Program-made: the position numbers and the translations under genes | From: a virus | Lineage: Duplodnaviria; Heunggongvirae; Uroviricota; Caudoviricetes | Strand: one strand, 5' to 3' | Virus record (IMG/VR): IMGVR_UViG_2675903417_000003 | Length of the DNA stretch: 46,078 nt | Shown here: in pieces, positions 30,479 to 42,651 of the stretch | How positions within the stretch are numbered: the first letter of the stretch is position 1 | How the letters are laid out: each line of letters starts with the position of its first letter | The notes under the pieces: model-generated | What the model was told of the DNA's origin: nothing | The model's database searches: none | Seen by the model: the letters and a program-made list of their open reading frames with translations, nothing else

Positions 30479-33030
30479 ACCGGTAGGCGATCTGGTCGTT
30501 GATTTGAGTCTGGATGCGGCCAGATTTGACGAGCAGATGGCCAGAGTCAGGCGTCATTTTTCCGGTACGGAAAGTGATGCGAAAAAAACAGCGGCAGTCG
30601 TTGAACAGTCGCTGAGCCGACAGGCGCTGGCTGCACAGAAAGCGGGGATTTCCGTCGGGCAGTATAAAGCCGCCATGCGTATGCTGCCTGCACAGTTCAC
30701 CGACGTGGCCACGCAGCTTGCAGGCGGGCAAAGTCCGTGGCTGATCCTGCTGCAACAGGGGGGGCAGGTGAAGGACTCCTTCGGCGGGATGATCCCCATG
30801 TTCAGGGGGCTTGCCGGTGCGATCACCCTGCCGATGGTGGGGGCCACCTCGCTGGCGGTGGCGACCGGTGCGCTGGCGTATGCCTGGTATCAGGGCAACT
30901 CAACCCTGTCCGATTTCAACAAAACGCTGGTCCTTTCCGGCAATCAGGCGGGACTGACGGCAGATCGTATGCTGGTCCTGTCCAGAGCCGGGCAGGCGGC
31001 AGGGCTGACGTTTAACCAGACCAGCGAGTCACTCAGCGCACTGGTTAAGGCGGGGGTAAGCGGTGAGGCTCAGATTGCGTCCATCAGCCAGAGTGTGGCG
31101 CGTTTCTCCTCTGCATCCGGCGTGGAGGTGGACAAGGTCGCTGAAGCCTTCGGGAAGCTGACCACAGACCCGACGTCGGGGCTGACGGCGATGGCACGCC
31201 AGTTCCATAACGTGACGGCGGAGCAGATTGCGTATGTTGCTCAGTTGCAGCGTTCCGGCGATGAAGCCGGGGCATTGCAGGCGGCGAACGAGGCCGCAAC
31301 GAAAGGGTTTGATGACCAGACCCGCCGCCTGAAAGAGAACATGGGCACGCTGGAGACCTGGGCAGACAGGACTGCGCGGGCATTCAAATCCATGTGGTGC
31401 GGTGCTGGATATTGGTCGTCCTGATACCGCGCAGGAGATGCTGATTAAGGCAGAGGCTGCGTTTAAGAAAGCAGACGACATCTGGAATCTGCGCAAGGAT
31501 GATTATTTTGTTAACGATGAAGCGCGGGCGCGTTACTGGGATGATCGTGAAAAGGCCCGTCTTGCGCTTGAAGCCGCCCGAAAGAAGGCTGAGCAGCAGA
31601 CTCAACAGGACAAAAATGCGCAGCAGCAGAGCGATACCGAAGCGTCACGGCTGAAATATACCGAAGAGGCGCAGAAGGCTTACGAACGGCTGCAGACGCC
31701 GCTGGAGAAATATACCGCCCGTCAGGAAGAACTGAACAAGGCACTGAAAGACGGGAAAATCCTGCAGGCGGATTACAACACGCTGATGGCGGCGGCGAAA
31801 AAGGATTATGAAGCGACGCTGAAAAAGCCGAAACAGTCCGGCGTGAAGGTGTCTGCGGGCGATCGTCAGGAAGACAGTGCTCATGCTGCCCTGCTGACGC
31901 TTCAGGCAGAACTCCGGACGCTGGAGAAGCATGCCGGAGCAAATGAGAAAATCAGCCAGCAGCGCCGGGATTTGTGGAAGGCGGAGAGTCAGTTCGCGGT
32001 ACTGGAGGAGGCGGCGCAACGTCGCCAGCTGTCTGCACAGGAGAAATCCCTGCTGGCGCATAAAGATGAGACGCTGGAGTACAAACGCCAGCTGGCTGCA
32101 CTTGGCGACAAGGTTACGTATCAGGAGCGCCTGAACGCGCTGGCGCAGCAGGCGGATAAATTCGCACAGCAGCAACGGGCAAAACGGGCCGCCATTGATG
32201 CGAAAAGCCGGGGGCTGACTGACCGGCAGGCAGAACGGGAAGCCACGGAACAGCGCCTGAAGGAACAGTATGGCGATAATCCGCTGGCGCTGAATAACGT
32301 CATGTCAGAGCAGAAAAAGACCTGGGCGGCTGAAGACCAGCTTCGCGGGAACTGGATGGCAGGCCTGAAGTCCGGCTGGAGTGAGTGGGAAGAGAGCGCC
32401 ACGGACAGTATGTCGCAGGTAAAAAGTGCAGCCACGCAGACCTTTGATGGTATTGCACAGAATATGGCAGCTATGCTGACCGGCAGTGAGCAGAACTGGC
32501 GCAGCTTCACCCGTTCCGTGCTGTCCATGATGACAGAAATTCTGCTTAAGCAGGCAATGGTGGGGATTGTCGGGAGTATCGGCAGCGCCATTGGCGGGGG
32601 TGTTGGTGGCGGCGCATCCGCGTCAGGCGGTACAGCCATTCAGGCCGCTGCGGCGAAATTCCATTTTGCAACCGGAGGATTTACGGGAACCGGCGGCAAA
32701 TATGAGCCAGCGGGGATTGTTCACCGTGGTGAGTTTGTCTTCACGAAGGAGGCAACCAGCCGGATTGGCGTGGGGAATCTTTACCGGCTGATGCGCGGCT
32801 ATGCCACCGGCGGTTATGTCGGTACACCGGGCAGCATGGCAGACAGCCGGTCGCAGGCGTCCGGGACGTTTGAGCAGAATAACCATGTGGTGATTAACAA
32901 CGACGGCACGAACGGGCAGATAGGTCCGGCTGCTCTGAAGGCGGTGTATGACATGGCCCGCAAGGGTGCCCGTGATGAAATTCAGACACAGATGCGTGAT
33001 GGTGGCCTGTTCTCCGGAGGTGGACGATGA
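30471..33030 (+). pseudogene. H: Tail tape-measure protein H, split by a frameshift near 31397
   Basis: ORFs 30471..31424 (317 aa) and 31402..33030 (542 aa) together match an ~853-aa tape measure; the junction ...AFKSMW / LDIGRPDTAQEM is consistent with a 2-bp deletion. Confidence 0.8.
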
Positions 33031-33356
33031 AGACCTTCCGCTGGAAAGTGAAACCCGGTATGGATGTGGCTTCGGTCCCTTCTGTAAGAAAGGTGCGCTT
33101 TGGTGATGGCTATTCTCAGCGAGCGCCTGCCGGGCTGAATGCCAACCTGAAAACGTACAGCGTGACGCTTTCTGTCCCCCGTGAGGAGGCCACGGTACTG
33201 GAGTCGTTTCTGGAAGAGCACGGGGGCTGGAAATCCTTTCTGTGGACGCCGCCTTATGAGTGGCGGCAGATAAAGGTGACCTGCGCAAAATGGTCGTCGC
33301 GGGTCAGTATGCTGCGTGTTGAGTTCAGCGCAGAGTTTGAACAGGTGGTGAACTGA
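33027..33356 (+). CDS. M: Tail tip protein M
   Basis: 109 aa MKTFRWKVKPGMDVASVPSVRKVRFGDGYSQRAPAGLN... Confidence 0.9.
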   Translation: MKTFRWKVKPGMDVASVPSVRKVRFGDGYSQRAPAGLNANLKTYSVTLSVPREEATVLESFLEEHGGWKSFLWTPPYEWRQIKVTCAKWSSRVSMLRVEFSAEFEQVVN

Positions 33357-34054
33357 TGCAGGATATCCGGCAGGAAACACTGAATGAATGCACCCGTGCG
33401 GAGCAGTCGGCCAGCGTGGTGCTCTGGGAAATCGACCTGACAGAGGTCGGTGGAGAACGTTATTTTTTCTGTAATGAGCAGAACGAAAAAGGTGAGCCGG
33501 TCACCTGGCAGGGGCGACAGTATCAGCCGTATCCCATTCAGGGGAGCGGTTTTGAACTGAATGGCAAAGGCACCAGTACGCGCCCCACGCTGACGGTTTC
33601 TAACCTGTACGGTATGGTCACCGGGATGGCGGAAGATATGCAGAGTCTGGTCGGCGGAACGGTGGTCCGGCGTAAGGTTTACGCCCGTTTTCTGGATGCG
33701 GTGAACTTCGTCAACGGAAACAGTTACGCCGATCCGGAGCAGGAGGTGATCAGCCGCTGGCGCATTGAGCAGTGCAGCGAACTGAGCGCGGTGAGTGCCT
33801 CCTTTGTACTGTCCACGCCGACGGAAACGGATGGCGCTGTTTTTCCGGGACGTATCATGCTGGCCAACACCTGCACCTGGACCTATCGCGGTGACGAGTG
33901 CGGTTATAGCGGTCCGGCTGTCGCGGATGAATATGACCAGCCAACGTCCGATATCACGAAGGATAAATGCAGCAAATGCCTGAGCGGCTGTAAGTTTCGC
34001 AATAACGTCGGCAACTTTGGCGGCTTCCTTTCCATTAACAAACTTTCGCAGTAA
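33356..34054 (+). CDS. L: Tail tip protein L
   Basis: 232 aa MQDIRQETLNECTRAEQSASVVLWEIDLTEVGGERYFFCNE... Confidence 0.9.
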   Translation: MQDIRQETLNECTRAEQSASVVLWEIDLTEVGGERYFFCNEQNEKGEPVTWQGRQYQPYPIQGSGFELNGKGTSTRPTLTVSNLYGMVTGMAEDMQSLVGGTVVRRKVYARFLDAVNFVNGNSYADPEQEVISRWRIEQCSELSAVSASFVLSTPTETDGAVFPGRIMLANTCTWTYRGDECGYSGPAVADEYDQPTSDITKDKCSKCLSGCKFRNNVGNFGGFLSINKLSQ

Positions 34055-34058
34055 TCCC

Positions 34059-34802
34059 ATGACAGAGACAGAATCAGCGATTCTGGCGCACGCCCGGCGA
34101 TGTGCGCCAGCGGAGTCGTGCGGCTTCGTGGTAAGCACGCCGGAGGGGGAAAGATATTTTCCCTGCGTGAATATTTCCGGTGAGCCGGAGGATTATTTCC
34201 GGATGGCTCCGGAGGACTGGCTGCAGGCAGAAATGCAGGGTGAGATTGTGGCGCTGGTCCACAGCCACCCCGGTGGTCTGCCCTGGCTGAGTGAGGCTGA
34301 CCGGCGGCTGCAGGTGCAGAGTGATTTGCCGTGGTTGCTGGTCTGCCGGGGGGCGATTCATAAGTTCCGCTGTGTGCCGCATCTCACCGGGCGGCGCTTT
34401 GAGCACGGGGTGACGGACTGTTACACGCTGTTCCGGGATGCTTATCATCTGGCGGGGATTGAGATGCCGGATTTTCATCGCGGGGATGACTGGTGGCGTC
34501 ACGGCCAGAATCTCTATCTGGATAATCTGGAGGCCACAGGGCTGTATCAGGTGCCGTTGTCATCAGCACAACCGGGCGATGTGCTGCTGTGCTGTTTTGG
34601 TTCATCGGTGCCGAATCATGCCGCCATTTACTGTGGTGACGGCGAGCTGCTGCACCATATTCCTGAACAACTGAGCAAACGAGAGAGGTATACCGACAAA
34701 TGGCAGCGACGCACACACTCCCTCTGGCGTCACCGGGCATGGCGCGCATCTGCCTTTACGGGGATTTACAACGATTTGGCCGCCGCATCGACCTTCGTGT
34801 GA
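34059..34802 (+). CDS. K: Tail tip assembly protein K (JAB/MPN plus NlpC/P60-like)
   Basis: 247 aa from MTETESAIL...; HSHPGG metalloprotease-like motif and downstream Cys/His residues; an alternative internal start at 34203 would give 199 aa. Confidence 0.8.
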   Translation: MTETESAILAHARRCAPAESCGFVVSTPEGERYFPCVNISGEPEDYFRMAPEDWLQAEMQGEIVALVHSHPGGLPWLSEADRRLQVQSDLPWLLVCRGAIHKFRCVPHLTGRRFEHGVTDCYTLFRDAYHLAGIEMPDFHRGDDWWRHGQNLYLDNLEATGLYQVPLSSAQPGDVLLCCFGSSVPNHAAIYCGDGELLHHIPEQLSKRERYTDKWQRRTHSLWRHRAWRASAFTGIYNDLAAASTFV

Positions 34803-35371
34803 AAACGGGGGCTGAAGCCATCCGGGCGCTGGCCACACAGCTCCCGGCGTTTCGTCAGAAACTGAGCGACGGCTGGTATCAGGTACGGATTTCCGGGCGG
34901 GACGTCAGCACGTCCGGATTGACGGCGCAGTTACATGAGGTTCTGCCTGACGGCGCTGTGATTCATATTGTTCCCAGAGTCGCCGGGGCCAAGTCAGGGG
35001 GCGTATTCCAGATTGTTCTGGGGGCTGCCACCATTGCCGGATCATTCTTTACTGCCGGAGCCACCCTTGCAGCATGGGGGGCAGCCATTGGGGCCGGTGG
35101 TATGACCAGTATCCTGTTTTCTCTCGGTGCCAGTATGGTACTTGGTGGTGTGGCGCAGATGCTGGCACCGAAAGCCAGAACTCCCCGTACACAGACAACG
35201 GATAACGGTAAGCAGAACACCTATTTCTCCTCACTGGATAACATGGTTGCCCAGGGCAATGTTCTGCCTGTTCTGTACGGGGAAATGCGCGTGGGGTCAC
35301 GCGTGGTTTCTCAGGAGATCAGCACGGCAGACGAAGGGGACGGTGGTCAGGTTGTGGTGATTGGTCGCTGA
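34700..35371 (+). CDS. I: Tail tip assembly protein I
   Basis: 223 aa MAATHTLPLASPGMARICLYGDLQRFGRRIDLRVKTG...; overlaps the K 3' end by 103 nt. Confidence 0.9.
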   Translation: MAATHTLPLASPGMARICLYGDLQRFGRRIDLRVKTGAEAIRALATQLPAFRQKLSDGWYQVRISGRDVSTSGLTAQLHEVLPDGAVIHIVPRVAGAKSGGVFQIVLGAATIAGSFFTAGATLAAWGAAIGAGGMTSILFSLGASMVLGGVAQMLAPKARTPRTQTTDNGKQNTYFSSLDNMVAQGNVLPVLYGEMRVGSRVVSQEISTADEGDGGQVVVIGR

Positions 35372-35431
35372 TGCAAAATGTTTTATGTGAAACCGCCTGC
35401 GGGCGGTTTTGTCATTTATGGAGCATGAGGA

Positions 35432-38400
35432 ATGGGTAAAGGAAGCAGTAAGGGGCATACCCCGCGCGAAGCGAAGGACAACCTGAAGTCCACGCAGTTG
35501 CTGAGTGTGATCGATGCCATCAGCGAAGGGCCGGTTGAAGGTCCGGTGGATGGATTAAAAAGCGTGCTGCTGAACAGTACGCCGGTGCTGGACACTGAGG
35601 GGAATACCAACATCTCCGGTGTCACGGTGGTGTTCCGTGCCGGTGAGCAGGAGCAGACACCGCCGGAGGGGTTTGAATCCTCCGGCTCCGAGACGGTGCT
35701 GGGTACGGAAGTGAAATATGACACGCCGATCACCCGCACCATTACGTCTGCAAACATCGACCGTCTGCGCTTTACCTTCGGTGTACAGGCACTGGTGGAA
35801 ACCACCTCAAAGGGTGACAGGAATCCGTCGGAAGTCCGTCTGCTGGTTCAGATACAACGTAACGGTGGCTGGGTGACGGAAAAAGACATCACCATTAAGG
35901 GCAAAACCACCTCGCAGTATCTGGCCTCGGTGGTGGTGGGTAGCCTGCCGCCGCGCCCGTTTAATATCCGGATGCGCAGGATGACGCCGGACAGCACCAC
36001 AGACCAGCTGCAGAACAAAACGCTCTGGTCGTCATACACCGAAATCATCGATGTGAAACAGTGCTACCCGAACACGGCACTGGTCGGCGTGCAGGTGGAC
36101 TCGGAGCAGTTCGGCAGCCAGCAGGTGAGCCGTAATTATCATCTTCGCGGGCGCATTCTGCAGGTGCCGTCGAACTATAACCCGCAGACGCGGCAATACA
36201 GCGGTATCTGGGACGGAACGTTTAAGCCGGCATACAGCAACAACCCGGCCTGGTGTCTGTGGGATATGCTGACCCACCCGCGCTACGGCATGGGGAAACG
36301 TCTTGGTGCGGCGGATGTGGATAAATGGGCGCTGTATGTCATCGGCCAGTACTGCGACCAGTCAGTGCCGGACGGCTTTGGCGGCACGGAGCCGCGCATC
36401 ACCTGTAATGCCTGGCTGACCACGCAGCGTAAGGCGTGGGATGTGCTCAGTGATTTCTGCTCGGCGATGCGCTGTATGCCGGTATGGAACGGGCAGACGC
36501 TGACGTTCGTGCAGGACCGACCATCAGATAAGGTGTGGACCTATAACCGCAGTAATGTGGTGATGCCGGATGATGGCGCGCCGTTCCGCTACAGCTTCAG
36601 CGCCCTGAAGGACCGCCATAATGCCGTTGAGGTGAACTGGATTGACCCGAACAACGGCTGGGAGACGGCGACAGAGCTTGTTGAAGATACGCAGGCCATT
36701 GCCCGTTACGGTCGTAATGTCACGAAGATGGATGCCTTTGGCTGTACCAGCCGGGGGCAGGCACACCGCGCCGGGCTGTGGCTGATTAAAACGGAACTGC
36801 TGGAGACGCAGACCGTGGATTTCAGCGTGGGTGCTGAAGGGCTTCGCCATGTACCGGGCGATGTCATTGAAATCTGCGATGATGACTATGCCGGTATCAG
36901 CACCGGTGGTCGCGTGCTGGCGGTGAACAGCCAGACCCGGACGCTGACGCTCGACCGTGAAATCACGCTGCCATCCTCCGGTACCACGCTGATAAGCCTG
37001 GTTGACGGAAGAGGCAATCCGGTCAGCGTGGAGGTCCAGTCCGTCACCGACGGCGTGAAGGTAAAAGTGAGCCGTGTTCCTGACGGCGTTGCCGGATACA
37101 GCATATGGGGGCTGAAGCTGCCGACGTTGCGCCAGCGCCTGTTCCGCTGCGTGAGTATCCGTGAGAACGATGACGGCACGTATGCCATCACTGCCGTGCA
37201 GCATGTACCGGAGAAAGAGGCCATCGTGGATAACGGGGCGCACTTTGACGGCGACCAGAGCGGCACGGTGAATGGTGTCACGCCGCCAGCGGTGCAGCAC
37301 CTGACTGCCGAAGTCACCGCAGACAGTGGGGAATATCAGGTGCTGGCCCGCTGGGACACGCCGAAGGTGGTGAAGGGCGTGAGCTTCCTGCTTCGCCTGA
37401 CCGTGGCAGCGGATGACGGCAGTGAGCGGCTGGTCAGCACGGCCCGGACGACGGAAACCACATACCGCTTCACGCAACTGGCGCTGGGGCGTTACATGCT
37501 GACGGTCCGGGCGGTAAATGCCCGGGGACAGCAGGGCGATCCGGCGTCGGTATCGTTCCGGATTGCCGCCCCGGCAGCGCCGTCGCGGATTGAGCTGACG
37601 CCGGGCTATTTTCAGATAACTGCCACGCCGCATCTTGCGGTTTATGATCCGACGGTACAGTTTGAGTTCTGGTTCTCGGAAACGCGGATTACCGATATCA
37701 GGCAGGTTGAAACCACAGCCCGCTATCTTGGTACGGCGCTGTACTGGATAGCCGCCAGTATCAATATCAAACCGGGCCATGATTATTACTTTTATATCCG
37801 CAGTGTGAACACCGTTGGCAAATCGGCATTCGTGGAGGCTGTCGGTCAGGCGAGCGATGATGCGGAAGGTTACCTGGATTTTTTCAAAGGCCAGATAACC
37901 GAATCCCATCTCGGCAAGGAGCTGCTGGAAAAAGTCGAGCTGACGGAGGATAACGCCAGCAGACTGGAGGAGTTTTCGAAAGAGTGGCAGGACGCTAACG
38001 ATAAGTGGAATGCCATGTGGGGCGTCAAAATTGAGCAGACCAAAGACGGCAAACATTATGTCGCGGGTATTGGCCTCAGCATGGAGGACACGGAAGAAGG
38101 TAAGCTGAGCCAGTTTCTGGTTGCCGCTAACCGTATCGCGTTTATTGAACCGGCAAACGGGAATGAAACGCCGATGTTTGTGGCGCAGGGCAATCAGATA
38201 TTTATGAACGACGTGTTCCTGAAGCGCCTGACGGCCCCGACCATTACCAGCGGTGGAAATCCACCGGCATTTTCCCTGACATCAGACGGAAAGCTGACCG
38301 CTAAAAATGCGGATATCAGTGGCAGTGTGAATGCGAACGCCGGGACGCTCAACAATGTCACGGTAAATGAAAACTGTACGATTAAGGGCATGCTGGAGGC

Positions 38401-38845
38401 GACTCAGGTCAGAGGTGACTTCGTTAAAGCTGTATCCAAATCATTCCCGAAACAGGCTGGTACGTGGGGTAATACGGAAACACCAAACGGGACGGTTACA
38501 GTCACCATCAGCGATGATCATAACTTTGACCGTCAAATCATTATTCCGCCCATTATCTTTAACGGAATAGCGTATAGCGATCCGGGAAGTGGTAATAACC
38601 CGGGAGGTACAAGATACACGGGTTATGGTTTTGAAGTTCGCAAAAACGGTGTATTAATCGCATCCAGAGAAACTAAAGGGGCCATTCCCGGTAGCTACAG
38701 TGCGGTTATTGATATGCCGAGTGGCAGGGGAAGCGTCACTCTGGAGTTTAAGGTTTTCCATAAAGGCAATCAGCGGGCAGGTAATATCACCGACTGTACG
38801 GTGATTGTGACCAAAAAAGCGGCTTCAGGCATCAGTATTCGTTGA
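35432..38845 (+). CDS. J: Tail tip host-specificity protein J
   Basis: 1137 aa, lambda gpJ-like; GAGGA Shine-Dalgarno. Confidence 0.9.
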   Translation: MGKGSSKGHTPREAKDNLKSTQLLSVIDAISEGPVEGPVDGLKSVLLNSTPVLDTEGNTNISGVTVVFRAGEQEQTPPEGFESSGSETVLGTEVKYDTPITRTITSANIDRLRFTFGVQALVETTSKGDRNPSEVRLLVQIQRNGGWVTEKDITIKGKTTSQYLASVVVGSLPPRPFNIRMRRMTPDSTTDQLQNKTLWSSYTEIIDVKQCYPNTALVGVQVDSEQFGSQQVSRNYHLRGRILQVPSNYNPQTRQYSGIWDGTFKPAYSNNPAWCLWDMLTHPRYGMGKRLGAADVDKWALYVIGQYCDQSVPDGFGGTEPRITCNAWLTTQRKAWDVLSDFCSAMRCMPVWNGQTLTFVQDRPSDKVWTYNRSNVVMPDDGAPFRYSFSALKDRHNAVEVNWIDPNNGWETATELVEDTQAIARYGRNVTKMDAFGCTSRGQAHRAGLWLIKTELLETQTVDFSVGAEGLRHVPGDVIEICDDDYAGISTGGRVLAVNSQTRTLTLDREITLPSSGTTLISLVDGRGNPVSVEVQSVTDGVKVKVSRVPDGVAGYSIWGLKLPTLRQRLFRCVSIRENDDGTYAITAVQHVPEKEAIVDNGAHFDGDQSGTVNGVTPPAVQHLTAEVTADSGEYQVLARWDTPKVVKGVSFLLRLTVAADDGSERLVSTARTTETTYRFTQLALGRYMLTVRAVNARGQQGDPASVSFRIAAPAAPSRIELTPGYFQITATPHLAVYDPTVQFEFWFSETRITDIRQVETTARYLGTALYWIAASINIKPGHDYYFYIRSVNTVGKSAFVEAVGQASDDAEGYLDFFKGQITESHLGKELLEKVELTEDNASRLEEFSKEWQDANDKWNAMWGVKIEQTKDGKHYVAGIGLSMEDTEEGKLSQFLVAANRIAFIEPANGNETPMFVAQGNQIFMNDVFLKRLTAPTITSGGNPPAFSLTSDGKLTAKNADISGSVNANAGTLNNVTVNENCTIKGMLEATQVRGDFVKAVSKSFPKQAGTWGNTETPNGTVTVTISDDHNFDRQIIIPPIIFNGIAYSDPGSGNNPGGTRYTGYGFEVRKNGVLIASRETKGAIPGSYSAVIDMPSGRGSVTLEFKVFHKGNQRAGNITDCTVIVTKKAASGISIR

Positions 38846-38867
38846 AATATTTATAACCCCAATAAAT

Positions 38868-38891
38868 GGCGTCAGGAATGACGCCTTTTTT
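38868..38891 (+). terminator. Intrinsic terminator after J
   Basis: GGCGTCA-GGAA-TGACGCC hairpin followed by TTTTTT. Confidence 0.6.
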
Positions 38892-38915
38892 ATTGCAGAA
38901 AAGCGAGAGGTAATT

Positions 38916-39515
38916 ATGCGTAAAGTTTGTGCAGCCATTTTGTCCGCAGCCATTTGTCTGGCCGTATCCGGTGCGCCTGCATGGGCGTCTGAACATCAGT
39001 CCACGCTGAGCGCGGGGTATCTTCATGCCCGGACCAACGTTCCCGGCAGTGATGATCTGAACGGGATTAACGTGAAATACCGTTATGAGTTTACGGATAC
39101 GCTGGGGCTGGTGACGTCATTCAGCTATGCAGGAGACAAGAATCGCCAGCTGACCCGTTACAGCGATACCCGCTGGCATGAAGATTCCGTTCGTAACCGC
39201 TGGTTCAGCGTAATGGCGGGGCCGTCTGTGCGCGTGAATGAATGGTTCAGCGCGTATGCGATGGCGGGTGTGGCTTACAGCCGTGTGTCGACTTTCTCCG
39301 GGGATTATCTCCGCGTAACTGACAACAAGGGGAAAACGCACGACGTGCTGACCGGAAGTGATGACGGTCGCCACAGCAACACGTCTCTGGCGTGGGGAGC
39401 TGGCGTGCAGTTTAACCCGACCGAATCCGTGGCCATTGATATTGCTTATGAAGGCTCCGGCAGTGGCGACTGGCGCACTGACGGTTTCATCGTGGGTGTC
39501 GGTTATAAGTTCTGA
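38916..39515 (+). CDS. lom: Outer membrane protein Lom (Ail/Lom family)
   Basis: 199 aa with signal peptide MRKVCAAILSAAICLAVSGAPAWA and C-terminal YKF. Confidence 0.9.
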   Translation: MRKVCAAILSAAICLAVSGAPAWASEHQSTLSAGYLHARTNVPGSDDLNGINVKYRYEFTDTLGLVTSFSYAGDKNRQLTRYSDTRWHEDSVRNRWFSVMAGPSVRVNEWFSAYAMAGVAYSRVSTFSGDYLRVTDNKGKTHDVLTGSDDGRHSNTSLAWGAGVQFNPTESVAIDIAYEGSGSGDWRTDGFIVGVGYKF

Positions 39516-39541
39516 TTAGCCAGGTAACACAGTGTTATGAC

Positions 39542-39568
39542 AGCCCGCCGGTTCAGGCGGGCTTTTTT
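39542..39568 (+). terminator. Intrinsic terminator after lom
   Basis: GCCCGCC-GGTTCA-GGCGGGC hairpin followed by TTTTTT. Confidence 0.65.
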
Positions 39569-39579
39569 GTGGGGTGAAT

Positions 39580-42500
39580 ATGGCAGTAAAGATTTCAGGT
39601 GTACTGAAAGACGGCACAGGAAAACCGGTACAGAACTGCACAATCCAGCTGAAAGCAAAACGTAACAGCACCACGGTGGTGGTGAACACGCTGGCCTCAG
39701 AAAATCCGGATGAAGCCGGGCGTTACAGCATGGACGTTGAGTACGGTCAGTACAGCGTTATTCTGTTGGTGGAAGGATTCCCGCCGTCACATGCCGGGAC
39801 CATCACCGTGTATGAAGATTCCCGACCCGGTACGCTGAATGATTTTCTCGGTGCCATGACGGAGGATGATGCCCGTCCGGAGGCTCTGCGCCGTTTTGAA
39901 CTGATGGTGGAAGAGGTGGCGCGTAACGCGTCCGCGGTGGCACAGAACACGGCAGCCGCGAAGAAGTCAGCCAGTGATGCCGGCACATCTGCCAGTGAGG
40001 CGGCAACCCATGCGACTGATGCTGCAGGCTCAGCGCGTGCAGCCAGCACGTCAGCCGGACAGGCCGCGACGTCGGCTCAGGAGGCGTCTTCCAGCGCAGG
40101 AACGGCATCAACAAAGGCCACTGAAGCATCAAAAAGTGCTGCCGCTGCAGAGTCCTCAAAAAGCGCGGCGGCCACCAGTGCCGGTGCCGCGAAAACGTCA
40201 GAAACGAATGCTGCAGCGTCACAAAAATCAGCAGCCACTTCTGCATCCACTGCGACGACGAAAGCGTCAGAAGCCGCCACTTCAGCCCGGGATGCGGCGG
40301 CCTCCAAAGAGGCGGCAAAATCATCAGAAACGAACGCCTCCACAAGCGCCAGCAGTGCAGCCTCCTCGGCAACGGCGGCAGGAAATTCCGTGAAGGCGGC
40401 AAAAACGTCCGAGACGAATGCTAAGTCTTCTGAAACGGCAGCGGAACAGAGCGCCTCAGCTGCGGCAGACTCTGAGACAACAGCTGCATCATCGGCCCGT
40501 GAGGCGTCCATTAAGGCAGAGGAGGCAGCAGTCAGTGCCACCGCCGCCGGAAAATCGGCAGAAAGCGCCGCATCATCCGCTTCAACAGCCACAACGAAGG
40601 CTGGCGAAGCCACTGAACAGGCCAGCGCAGCAGCGAGGTCTGCTTCCGCAGCGAAGACATCCGAAACGAACGCGAAAGCGTCGGAAACCAGCGCAGAATC
40701 CTCAAAAACGGCTGCCGCATCGTCCGCCAGTTCGGCGGCGTCATCGGCATCATCGGCGTCTGCTTCAAAAGATGAGGCGACCAGACAGGCGTCAGCAGCG
40801 AGGGGCAGCGCCACGACGGCATCCACGAAGGCGACAGAGGCTGCTGGCAGTGCGGCAGCGGCAGCACAGAGCAAAAGTACGGCAGAATCCGCAGCAACGC
40901 GCGCCGAGACAGCAGCAAAACGGGCAGAGGATATTGCATCCGCCGTGGCGCTTGAGGATGCGAGCACGACGAAAAAGGGGATAGTACAGCTCAGTAGTGC
41001 GACTAACAGCACTTCCGAGTCACTGGCGGCAACACCAAAAGCCGTTAAGGCCGCGTATGACCTGGCTAACGGGAAATACACCGCACAGGATGCAACGACA
41101 GCACAGAAAGGGATAATCCAGCTAAGCAGCGCGACCAACAGCACGTCTGAAACGCTTGCCGCGACACCAAAGGCAGTAAAAGCAGCCAATGACAATGCTG
41201 AGAAACGTCTGCAGAAAGATCAGAACGGTGCGGATATCCCTGGCAAAGATACCTTTACGAAAAATATTGGTGCCTGCCGTGCCTTCGGTGGGTCAGTAAG
41301 CACAACAACAGGAAACTGGACGACTGCACAGTTTATCGAGTGGCTGGATTCTCAGGGAGCATTTAACCATCCATACTGGATGTGCAAGGGTTCCTGGTCT
41401 TATGGCAATAATAAAATCATTACTGATACTGACTGCGGTAATATTCATCTCGCCGGAGCTGTCATTGAAGTAATGGGGATAAAGTCAGCGATGACGATCC
41501 GCATTACCACACCGACCACCTCCACTGGTGGTGGAACAACTAACGCCCAGTTTACCTATATTAATCACGGAACAGATTATTCACCTGGCTGGCGAAGGGA
41601 CTATAACTCCAGAAATAAGCCAACGGCATCAGAGATCGGGGCGTTACCGTCAGGTGGAACAGCAGTATCATCAGTTAATCTGGCTTCAAAAGGTCGGGTA
41701 ACCGCGCTGACAGACAATACGCAGGGGGCAGCAGGTCTTGAGTTATACGAGGTGTATAACAACGGATATCCAACAGCGTATGGAAATATCATTCACCTGA
41801 AAGGGATGACAGCCGTTGGCGAAGGTGAGTTACTCATCGGCTGGAGTGGTACAAGCGGTGCTCATGCTCCGGCATTTATTCGTTCACGACGGGATACGAC
41901 CGACGCAAACTGGTCGCCGTGGGCGCAGCTTTACACCTCGGCTCATCCTCCTGCAGAGTTTTATCCAGTCGGTGCACCAATCCCGTGGCCATCAGATACC
42001 GTTCCGTCTGGCTATGCCCTGATGCAGGGGCAGACTTTTGACAAATCTGCATACCCGAAACTTGCAGCGGCTTATCCGTCAGGCGTGATCCCTGATATGC
42101 GTGGCTGGACGATTAAGGGCAAACCTGCCAGTGGTCGGGCCGTATTGTCTCAGGAACAGGACGGCATTAAATCGCATACCCACAGCGCCAGCGCATCCAG
42201 TACGGATTTGGGGACGAAAACCACATCGTCGTTTGATTACGGCACTAAATCCACGAATAACACTGGTGCGCATACCCATAGTTTAAGTGGCAGCACGAAT
42301 GCAGCTGGTAATCACAGCCATAGAGATGGCCGTCGATTTAACCCCAGTGTTTTTAAAGATACTTATCAATATGGTTATACAAGCTCAGGTCAAAATACCT
42401 GGGGTGTACAAGGCTCAGTAGGTATGTCTACGGGGTGGTTAGCTAATACCAGTACAGATGGTAATCATAGCCACTCACTGTCCGGCACAGCAGCATCTGC

Positions 42501-42651
42501 AGGTGCACACGCGCATACTGTCGGTATTGGTGCTCATACGCACTCCGTTGCGATTGGTTCACATGGACACACCATCACCGTTAACGCTGCTGGTAACGCG
42601 GAAAACACCGTCAAAAACATCGCATTTAACTATATTGTGAGGCTTGCATAA
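39580..42651 (+). CDS. stf: Side tail fiber protein Stf
   Basis: 1023 aa from [27 protein letters not shown]...; long Ala/Ser/Thr-rich repeats; C-terminal HxH-repeat distal domain. Confidence 0.9.

Noticed and set aside
31029-33380. Multiple reverse-strand ORFs (31029..31496, 31645..32175, 32121..32639, 32623..33288, 32982..33380) across H and M
   Set aside because: Antisense to the tape-measure and M genes, with low-complexity R/Q/L-rich products.
36524-38056. 510-aa reverse-strand ORF inside J
   Set aside because: Antisense to the J coding region; Arg/Pro/Gly-rich composition typical of a spurious frame in GC-rich sequence.
39747-41195. Several long ORFs in alternative frames and on the reverse strand inside stf (39747..40049, 39803..40402, 39974..40393, 40077..41195, 40418..40984, 40532..40939)
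   Set aside because: They lie within the GC-rich Ala/Ser/Thr repeat tract of stf, where stop codons are rare in every frame; their products are low-complexity P/R/A-rich strings, whereas the stf frame has a recognisable N-terminus and C-terminal domain.
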